64,000 nucleotides of DNA from Omnitrophica WOR_2 bacterium GWF2_43_52. GTDB taxonomy: Bacteria; Omnitrophota; Gorgyraeia; Gygaellales; UBA12090. This document shows positions 57,965 to 64,000 of this stretch, piece after piece. Each line of letters starts with the position of its first letter. Position 1 is the stretch's first letter. Under the pieces are notes generated by a model. It saw only the letters and a list, made by a program, of their open reading frames with translations. It ran no database searches and had not been told where the DNA came from. Made by a program: the position numbers and the translations under genes. The stretch is from NCBI GenBank assembly GCA_001805445.1, contig MHGF01000025.1:338-64337 (forward strand), read 5' to 3'.

Positions 57965-58870
57965 ATGGGAAAAAAAGTAGTGCTTATCGCTATAGTTCTT
58001 GGTATTCTAGGCTTATGCGCAAGCGCGCAGGCGGCAGACAGGATACTTGCCATTGTCAATAAAGATAGCATTACCCAGTCTGAGGCTGATATTTATCTTA
58101 ATATGATTATTCTCCAGCTCAGCCAGCAGTATACAGGAAAGGCCCTTGAAGAAAAGGCCGCGGATGAGCGAAAACAGCTGATCGAAAAGATGATTGAGGA
58201 TAAGGTGATTCTTCAAGAGGCAAAACGGCAGGGTTTCGCGGCGCGAGCGGAAAAGGTTAAGCAAAAAGTAGAACAGATAAGAGCAGCCTATGGCTCGGAA
58301 ACAGAGTTTGAGAATTCTTTAAAAGAGAGAGGCCTGACGATTCGCGATATAGAAGGAAAGCTTAGCGACGAAATGATTATGCGCGAGATTATAGAGCGCC
58401 AGGTACGCGGTAAAATCGTCATCAGCCCTGAAGAGGTAACAAAATTCTACGCAAGCCATAAAAGCGAATTCCTCCAGCCTGAAACGCGTGCCATTGAATC
58501 CCTGTATATTGAAGATGCAGCAGCCTTAGAGGCCTTGGAAGAGGAGCTTGAAAATAATACGGGATTTCAGGCCTCAGCGGAGAAGTACAAAGCTGCCTAT
58601 GCTAATGATGTAGTCGCCAGGGAGCAGCTGCGGCCCCAACTGCAGGAGCAGATATTCTCCTTAGCCTTGAACGAAGTTTCCAAACCGCTCAAGGAAGAAA
58701 AGGGCACGTATTTCTTCAAGGTTCTGGAAGTGCATCCGCCTCGTCAACTTGCCTTGGCCGAGGTGCATGAGCATATTTTTGGTTACCTGTTCGAGCAGAA
58801 ATTCACCGTCAAAATGCTCGAATGGCTAGAAGATCTAAAGTCAAAATCCTACATAAAAATCAATTCCTAA
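57965..58870 (+). CDS. SurA N-terminal-domain periplasmic chaperone-like protein
   Basis: Signal peptide and 'ADRILAIVNKDSITQSE', a SurA N-domain signature. The probable start is the internal ATG near 57965, after a GAGGAG motif; the ORF track starts at 57914 and overlaps mfd. Confidence 0.55.
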   Translation: MGKKVVLIAIVLGILGLCASAQAADRILAIVNKDSITQSEADIYLNMIILQLSQQYTGKALEEKAADERKQLIEKMIEDKVILQEAKRQGFAARAEKVKQKVEQIRAAYGSETEFENSLKERGLTIRDIEGKLSDEMIMREIIERQVRGKIVISPEEVTKFYASHKSEFLQPETRAIESLYIEDAAALEALEEELENNTGFQASAEKYKAAYANDVVAREQLRPQLQEQIFSLALNEVSKPLKEEKGTYFFKVLEVHPPRQLALAEVHEHIFGYLFEQKFTVKMLEWLEDLKSKSYIKINS

Positions 58871-58987
58871 CCCCACCTACCAATTCAACCTCGTAGGTTG
58901 TAGGAAAACGTCGACGGGTAATTCTGACAACCTACGAGGTTGAATTGGTTGACAACCTACGAGGTTGAATTGGTTTTGGAAGATGAG

Positions 58988-59950
58988 ATGAAGATTCGGT
59001 GTGGTATAACGATGGGGGATCCTGCGGGAATAGGCGCGGAAATTATTCTCAAGGCGCTTGTCAGGCCATCAATACGGAAATTAGCGGATTTTGTGGTTAT
59101 CGGAGATCGCCGTATACTCGAGGAAGTATGGAGGATAGAAAATAGGAAGGGGAAGCTGGCGGGCTTTAAGGTAATTGACCTGAAAAATGTGTCCGAGAAA
59201 GGATTCAAGTTCGGTAAGTTACGCTCTGCCAATGGAAAGGTAGCCCTGGAATATCTGGATACGGCTATTGATTTAATCAACCATAAACACATAGATTGTT
59301 TAGTTACCGCTCCGGTGAATAAGGAGGCAATTACTTCCTCTGGATGCCATTTTACCGGACAAACCGAGTATCTGGCGCGGCATTTTAAGATACAAAATGC
59401 GGTCATGATGCTGCTGAATAAAAAATTAAAAGTGGCTTTGGCAACCCGCCATATTCCCTTAAAGGATGTACCTGCCCATATAACGATTGATGGGCTTGTA
59501 AAAGTAATTACAGGATGCGCGCAAGGGCTATATTCTTTTTTCGGTATGAGAAATCCCCGTCTTGCAGTCTGCGGCCTCAATCCGCATGCCTCTGATAACG
59601 GGGTGATAGGTAAGGAAGAAGCGCGGGTGTTGATTCCCGCGATAAAAAAGGCAAGAAGACAGCGTATTTCAGTAAGCGGCCCGTTTGCCGCTGATACTAT
59701 TTTTGAAAAAGCAGTCCAGGGTAAGTATGACTGCGTTGTTTGTATGTATCATGACCAAGGGCTTATTCCGCTCAAGCTTACCGGTTTTAACCAAGCGGTG
59801 AATATTACCTTAGGCCTGCCTTTTGTGCGTACTTCACCGGGCCACGGTACCGCCTATGATATCGCCGGAAAAAATAAAGCTAACCCGGAATCCCTTATCC
59901 AGGCAATAAAAATCGCCCTCCAATGCACCCGAAACCAAAGAAAAGCTTAG
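58988..59950 (+). CDS. pdxA: 4-hydroxythreonine-4-phosphate dehydrogenase
   Basis: PdxA conservation. The start was moved to the ATG at 58988; the ORF track start lies inside the repeat. Confidence 0.8.
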   Translation: MKIRCGITMGDPAGIGAEIILKALVRPSIRKLADFVVIGDRRILEEVWRIENRKGKLAGFKVIDLKNVSEKGFKFGKLRSANGKVALEYLDTAIDLINHKHIDCLVTAPVNKEAITSSGCHFTGQTEYLARHFKIQNAVMMLLNKKLKVALATRHIPLKDVPAHITIDGLVKVITGCAQGLYSFFGMRNPRLAVCGLNPHASDNGVIGKEEARVLIPAIKKARRQRISVSGPFAADTIFEKAVQGKYDCVVCMYHDQGLIPLKLTGFNQAVNITLGLPFVRTSPGHGTAYDIAGKNKANPESLIQAIKIALQCTRNQRKA

Positions 59951-60702
59951 GGCAGAATTTCCTCGTTGATAAAAACATCCAGGAAAAAATAATTGCCGCC
60001 TGTAACCTCAAAAAAACCGATACCGTAGTGGAAATAGGCCCGGGCAAAGGAGAAATAACCAAATTTCTACTTGCCACGGTAAAAAAGGTAGTCGCGGTTG
60101 AAATTGACCGCGCGCTCTGTGAGCGTTTGGTAGAACAATTCAGGCCGTATCCGAATTTCACCTTGCTTCATGCCGATATCCTGAAAACTTCATTGGCACA
60201 CTATAAAAACCTGAAAATTATTGCCAATATCCCTTACTATATCTCAACTCCCATAATTACCTATTTACTGCAGTATAGAAAACAGATAAAGGTTATTTAT
60301 TTAACCATGCAAAAGGAATTAGCCGGCCGTCTTGTCGCGACCGCCGGCACTAAGGCCTATGGCTCTTTTAGCTGTTTTACCCAGTTTTATACCCAGCCAA
60401 AGATACTTTTTCCCATTAAGAATACGTCATTCTGGCCAAAGCCAAAGGTGGATTCATCGTTTGTAGAGTTAAAAATTCTAAAAACACCGAGAGTCAAAGT
60501 GAAGGATGAAGAGCTTTTTTTTAGGATTATCCGCCGTGGCTTTAATCAACGGCGTAAAGTGCTTACCAATAGCCTGGCGACAATAGCTCCTATAAAGAAG
60601 CTGCAAGGCGCGCTTCGCGGCCGTAACCTATCCCAGACAGTAAGGGCTGAAGATTTGAGTTTAGAAGATTTTGCGCGCTTGGCGGGCTGTCTTAGTGGGT
60701 AA
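59923..60702 (+). CDS. rsmA: 16S rRNA (adenine1518/1519-N6)-dimethyltransferase
   Basis: 'LGQNFL' motif and a SAM-binding motif. The pdxA-ksgA linkage is conserved. Confidence 0.85.
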   Translation: MHPKPKKSLGQNFLVDKNIQEKIIAACNLKKTDTVVEIGPGKGEITKFLLATVKKVVAVEIDRALCERLVEQFRPYPNFTLLHADILKTSLAHYKNLKIIANIPYYISTPIITYLLQYRKQIKVIYLTMQKELAGRLVATAGTKAYGSFSCFTQFYTQPKILFPIKNTSFWPKPKVDSSFVELKILKTPRVKVKDEELFFRIIRRGFNQRRKVLTNSLATIAPIKKLQGALRGRNLSQTVRAEDLSLEDFARLAGCLSG

Positions 60703-60801
60703 TGCCCTACATATCAAGGCTCAGCCTTTAAATGTATATGACTTTCCAAGGCTGAGCCTTTACAATTTCCGAGGCTGTGTCAAAAAAATTATGCTCTCCT
60801 C

Positions 60802-60829
60802 TTGAAACTTAGCAAAGCTATGGTATACT
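60802..60829 (+). promoter_or_regulatory. Promoter (TTGAAA, 16-bp spacer, extended -10 TGGTATACT) driving the riboswitch leader
   Basis: TTGAAA at 60802-60807 and TGGTATACT at 60821-60829. Confidence 0.5.
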
Positions 60830-60851
60830 TTAACTAAAGATATTGTGACTA

Positions 60852-60930
60852 CTGATAAAGGTAAACCCAGAGTAATCTGGGGGCGCAAAGCAATGGGGTC
60901 CTGATAAAGGATTGCCCGGCTGCCAAAGGG
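60852..60930 (+). ncRNA. Candidate c-di-GMP-I (GEMM) riboswitch aptamer
   Basis: 'AAAGGUAAACC-CAGA-GUAA-UCUGG-GGGCGCAAAGC...GGGGUCCUGAUAAAGG...GCCCGGCUGCC' compared with the Vc2/GEMM core 'GGCAAACC-stem-GNRA-stem-GGACGCAAAGCC...'. Confidence 0.55.
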
Positions 60931-60997
60931 TAAGAACCGCCGATTACGCAGATTATGTGTAGCAAAGAAAAATGCGAATTACGCGGATTCTGAAATA

Positions 60998-61030
60998 AAC
61001 CTAAGGTATCAAGCGCTTTAGGTTTTTTTA
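60998..61030 (+). terminator. Intrinsic terminator and expression platform of the riboswitch (AACCUAA stem, 13-nt loop, UUAGGUU, then U7)
   Basis: aacctaa ggtatcaagcgct ttaggtt ttttttt. Confidence 0.7.
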
Positions 61031-61163
61031 TTGCCCCTGATTCTTTTGTGAGGAGGTGGTGTTCATAAGGCTAATGATGATAGTAAATTAGGAAGATTTC
61101 TCTTGACAATAGAATATCAGGTGTTAGAATAAGTTTGCCTTTGAAAGGCAGAAAGGGGGCAAT

Positions 61164-61646
61164 ATGTTTACAAAAAATAAGAAAGGTTTTACCTTAGTTG
61201 AAATTATGATTGTGGTGGCAATCATAGCGCTTTTGGCGGCAATATCAATTCCCGGGCTTTTACGTTCGCGTATGAATGCCAATGAGTCAAATGCTATCGG
61301 TAGTGTAAAGACATTAAGCACTGGTGCTGAGACGTTTAGGTCAGCTCAGGCTGCTCCACTGTATCCTGCTGATATAGCAGTTGACCTTGTTGGTGCTGTT
61401 CCTCCGTATGTCACGGGTTTTGTTGGCGCAGCAGATCCTGTTACAAAAAGCGGCTATACCTTTAGTATAGGACGAAATACAGCGAATACCTATACTGTTA
61501 GGGCAAATCCAACAACTGTAGGAACAACAGGAAACCGTGCCTTTTGCGTTGATGAAACAGGCCTTATGTATGCAACAACGGCAGCGGCAGGCTTTGTAGA
61601 TACTGCAGCATGTATTGGACAGGGAGGTGCTACACAATTACAGTAG
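61164..61646 (+). CDS. Type IV (major) pilin
   Basis: N-terminal 'KKGFTLVEIMIVVAIIALLAAI', the class III signal with Glu5. Confidence 0.85.
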   Translation: MFTKNKKGFTLVEIMIVVAIIALLAAISIPGLLRSRMNANESNAIGSVKTLSTGAETFRSAQAAPLYPADIAVDLVGAVPPYVTGFVGAADPVTKSGYTFSIGRNTANTYTVRANPTTVGTTGNRAFCVDETGLMYATTAAAGFVDTAACIGQGGATQLQ

Positions 61647-61669
61647 AAATAAAAACTTTTTTGGAAAAA

Positions 61670-61706
61670 GACAAATGGCGATGGTATTTCCATCGCCATT
61701 TGTCTT
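61670..61706 (+). terminator. 15-bp stem hairpin after the pilin gene
   Basis: gacaaatggcgatgg tattt ccatcgccatttgtc. Confidence 0.5.
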
Positions 61707-61877
61707 CAGAAATGTTGCTTAAAAAATAGATGAAACATAAGAGATGAGACTGATTTTTGAATGGGGATTAACTATTGATCTATCTAACCTGTGGTTTATT
61801 AAAAAAATAATGAGATGATGCAGGAATGATGACTGCCTTAGATTAGAACTTTCCTAAGAGATTTTCCGCTCTTTAAA

Positions 61878-62315
61878 ATGAAGATAGCCAAAGGGTTCAC
61901 GCTCGTAGAAATAATGCTGGTGGTTGCTCTTATTGCCTTATTAGCAGGGCTTGCTGTTCCTCAAGTTTTGCGCTCTAGGCTTCTTGCACATGAAGCTGCG
62001 GCAATAGCGGGCATGAAGGCAATCCATAAGGGATGCCAGATGTATTACAGCGCTAATGATAATACGTATCCTCTCACCGGTTTGACGGATTTAGCTTCTG
62101 CTAGTCCGGCATATATAGATTCTGTATTAGGTTCAGGAACAAAGCAGGGCTATCAGTTTACGTTTACCTTTGTTGATGCTGACCATTATTTTGTGAACGC
62201 GGATCCGGTTACCCCCGGAGTAAGCGGTAATAGATATTTTTATATAGATCAGGAGGGCGCGATACATAGTTCAACAACCGGCCAGGCAACGGCAGCGGAC
62301 CCTCTCGTGCAATGA
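61878..62315 (+). CDS. Type IV pilin
   Basis: 'KGFTLVEIMLVVALIALLAG' prepilin N-terminus. Confidence 0.8.
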   Translation: MKIAKGFTLVEIMLVVALIALLAGLAVPQVLRSRLLAHEAAAIAGMKAIHKGCQMYYSANDNTYPLTGLTDLASASPAYIDSVLGSGTKQGYQFTFTFVDADHYFVNADPVTPGVSGNRYFYIDQEGAIHSSTTGQATAADPLVQ

Positions 62316-62338
62316 TTTAGGAATCTCTAGGAAAGCTG

Positions 62339-62764
62339 GTGGCAGGCGCTATGGCAAGAAAACTTAATAAAGGTTTCACCCTTCCGGAATTACTGCTGGC
62401 TTTTTCGGTTATGGCTCTTGTCTTGGCAGGGGCATTGAGCCTTTTCATCAGCTGTATCTTTCTTAATGAAACTAACCGGAATCTGAGCGTGGCAACCGGG
62501 CATGCCCAGCTCGTTTTAGAGGAGATAAAAAATACTAATTTCGTAAGTATGCAGTCGGGGGCTATAAATCCAGAGACAAATTGGGATTGGGATAACGCCG
62601 CGATAAGCGCGAAAGGCTTGATTGTTCTTAATACTGAGTCAATCAGCACGCAGGCAGTATGGACAGGTACCGACCGGCTTAACGTCAATGTTACGGTGAG
62701 TTGGAAAGACCGCGGGCTAAGGGATAGGTCAACATCCTTAGAAACACTCATCACTGAGCCATGA
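62339..62764 (+). CDS. Minor pilin or pseudopilin (PilV/GspI-like)
   Basis: 'KGFTLPELLLAFSVMALVLAG' N-terminus. Confidence 0.65.
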   Translation: MAGAMARKLNKGFTLPELLLAFSVMALVLAGALSLFISCIFLNETNRNLSVATGHAQLVLEEIKNTNFVSMQSGAINPETNWDWDNAAISAKGLIVLNTESISTQAVWTGTDRLNVNVTVSWKDRGLRDRSTSLETLITEP

Positions 62765-63321
62765 AAAACCCATTAAGCCATATATTTTTTTTAAAAGGCA
62801 AGAGGATACCAAAGCCTTCAGGACTTACCTTGGTTGAAATTTTGATTGCGACTGCCCTGTTCCTCCTGCTGATCACAGGTGTTTTCGCGGTGCTTAATGT
62901 CGCGGACATGAGCTGGCATTCTGATATGGGGCTGGTAGACTTACAGCAGGAGGCCCGGCACATTATGGATGGTATGACCCGGGAAATCCGGCAGGCTGAC
63001 CCGTCTAGAGACGTTACCATTGGCGCCGGCGGCAATAGCCTCCAGTTTTATATTGCTAGTTATACTGACCCTATAAGCTATACTTTGATTAACGGCCAGC
63101 TTATTCGCCAGCATCCAAATGGCGTAAGTAAGGTATTGGGAAATGATGTCAGCAGTTTAGGCTTTTGCTGGCTGCAATCTAACGGTGCCTGTCAGGCTGC
63201 CAGAAATAATAGCTATACCTTGCAGGTGAGTTTACAGGCAACTAAGACCGTCAGGCAGAGGGTAGTGGTTTTTCCTTCTGCCGGGCCTTTGATAGAGGAG
63301 GTTAAGCTAAGAAATGAATAA
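62761..63321 (+). CDS. Minor pilin (PilW/GspJ-like)
   Basis: 'SGLTLVEILIATALFLLLITGVF' N-terminus. Confidence 0.6.
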   Translation: MKNPLSHIFFLKGKRIPKPSGLTLVEILIATALFLLLITGVFAVLNVADMSWHSDMGLVDLQQEARHIMDGMTREIRQADPSRDVTIGAGGNSLQFYIASYTDPISYTLINGQLIRQHPNGVSKVLGNDVSSLGFCWLQSNGACQAARNNSYTLQVSLQATKTVRQRVVVFPSAGPLIEEVKLRNE

Positions 63322-64000
63322 TAGAGGAGCAGCACTCATTATTGCTTTTGCGGTAATATTGGTGTTGGCTATCTTAGGCAGCGCGATACTTTCGCGCAGT
63401 ATCTCCGAAAACAACATAGCTAAGCGATATCAAGAGTCAACCCAGGCCTTTTGGCTTGCCGAGAGCGGGATTAACAGGGCACTCTATGAGTTGCGTAACA
63501 ATTATGACTTGAACTCCGTCAGCGCGACCGCCCTTGGCCAGGGTGGGTATCAGGTAAGTATAGCCCAAAGCGGGCAGAATCGTATCGTTACCGCGACCGG
63601 TTATATCCCTTTTACCGGCCAGGCCCGCGCCAGCCGTATCATAGAAGCGACCATGTCTAAAACTATTCCTCCTGATTTTTATGAGAATGCCATTTATTCC
63701 GGAGGAGACATAGATTTAAACGGCAACGCCTATCAGGTAAACGGAAAGGTACGCTACGCGGATGAGCTTGACTATCAGCACGACTATATAACCGGGACAG
63801 AAACCCAGGATCCCTCAATTAGCCCTTTAGCCCGGTTTGATTTCACGCAGATGCGCGCTTTGAGTGTGGCACAGCAGAACCTTTATGTTGTAAGCGGCAA
63901 CAAACTTATCAATCAGGCAACAGGATCCGAGGCATTTCCAAGTTCCTTCTGGTTTTCTCCGCCGACTGACATTAATGACGGGACAACCGGAACTCCCAAC
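63314..64000 (+). CDS. PilX-like pilus assembly protein (partial; the 3' end lies beyond the window)
   Basis: 'MNNRGAALIIAFAVILVLAILGSAIL...QAFWLAESGINRALYEL' matches the PilX N-terminal domain. The ATG at 63314 overlaps the upstream stop (ATGAATAA). Confidence 0.6.
   Translation, partial: MNNRGAALIIAFAVILVLAILGSAILSRSISENNIAKRYQESTQAFWLAESGINRALYELRNNYDLNSVSATALGQGGYQVSIAQSGQNRIVTATGYIPFTGQARASRIIEATMSKTIPPDFYENAIYSGGDIDLNGNAYQVNGKVRYADELDYQHDYITGTETQDPSISPLARFDFTQMRALSVAQQNLYVVSGNKLINQATGSEAFPSSFWFSPPTDINDGTTGTPN

Noticed and set aside
58879-58975. A possible CRISPR-like array
   Set aside because: There are only two direct copies plus one inverted copy, with no spacers and no cas genes. 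It is a simple duplicated hairpin.
1-64000. tRNA, rRNA or tmRNA genes
   Set aside because: Scanning the intergenic regions found no cloverleaf-compatible sequence and no conserved T-loop 'GGTTCGAATCC'-type motif.

Overview
This 64-kb window is a chromosomal, mostly plus-strand, housekeeping region of a Gram-negative-type bacterium. The genome is AT-rich, and fused secDF, LptD, SurA and many type IV pilins loosely suggest an uncultured lineage such as Omnitrophota, but that is low-confidence. From 5' to 3' the window holds a 3' fragment of a probable large serine recombinase, miaB, a TPR/SPOR protein, miaA, a GT-C-like TPR membrane protein and hflX. An orphan 1240-aa secreted protein follows. 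Next is a heat-shock block (hspR, hsp20 with a CIRCE operator, clpB, hrcA, grpE, dnaK, dnaJ). After that come a FmdB zinc ribbon, VanZ, DUF1015, accD, an orphan MalK-like ABC ATPase, two overlapping sensor-GGDEF diguanylate cyclases, a ROK kinase, lptD and a nucleotide-sugar cassette (ugd, rmlC, rmlA, rmlB, rmlD, NDP-sugar dehydrogenase). The cassette is bracketed by near-identical 62-bp inverted repeats. Downstream are a small HTH_17 gene, smc, a minus-strand GAF-GGDEF, recA, htrA, recX, alaS, a his operon (hisD, hisB, hisH, hisA, a PG-binding lipoprotein, hisF, hisI), a trpE/pabB-like gene, rpsP, yajC, secDF, a truncated Mfd, a SurA-like gene, pdxA, rsmA and a cluster of five type IV pilin genes. 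No rRNA, tRNA or CRISPR array was seen by eye. The most interesting signals are non-coding or structural: (1) a probable class-I c-di-GMP riboswitch with a promoter and intrinsic terminator upstream of the major pilin gene, in a window that encodes three active GGDEF enzymes; (2) an unusually dense layer of small selfish or structured DNA, including in-frame palindrome and tandem-repeat insertions inside conserved enzymes (miaB, hisH, hisF), heptanucleotide (AGTAGAR and CTATCGA) tandem tracts inside and at the ends of genes, two MITE-like 'CCAATAACCAAA' hairpin elements, a GC-hairpin repeat family (CCCCGCC-UAC-GGCGGGG) and several phased direct-repeat operator-like arrays; (3) a shared two-half-site box upstream of htrA and of the rml/ugd cluster, a candidate envelope-stress regulon motif; (4) a minimal Mfd lacking the UvrA-recruiting N-terminus and the autoinhibitory C-terminus, preceded by a 170-nt highly structured leader. 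All calls come from reading the sequence and the ORF translations; no database search was possible.
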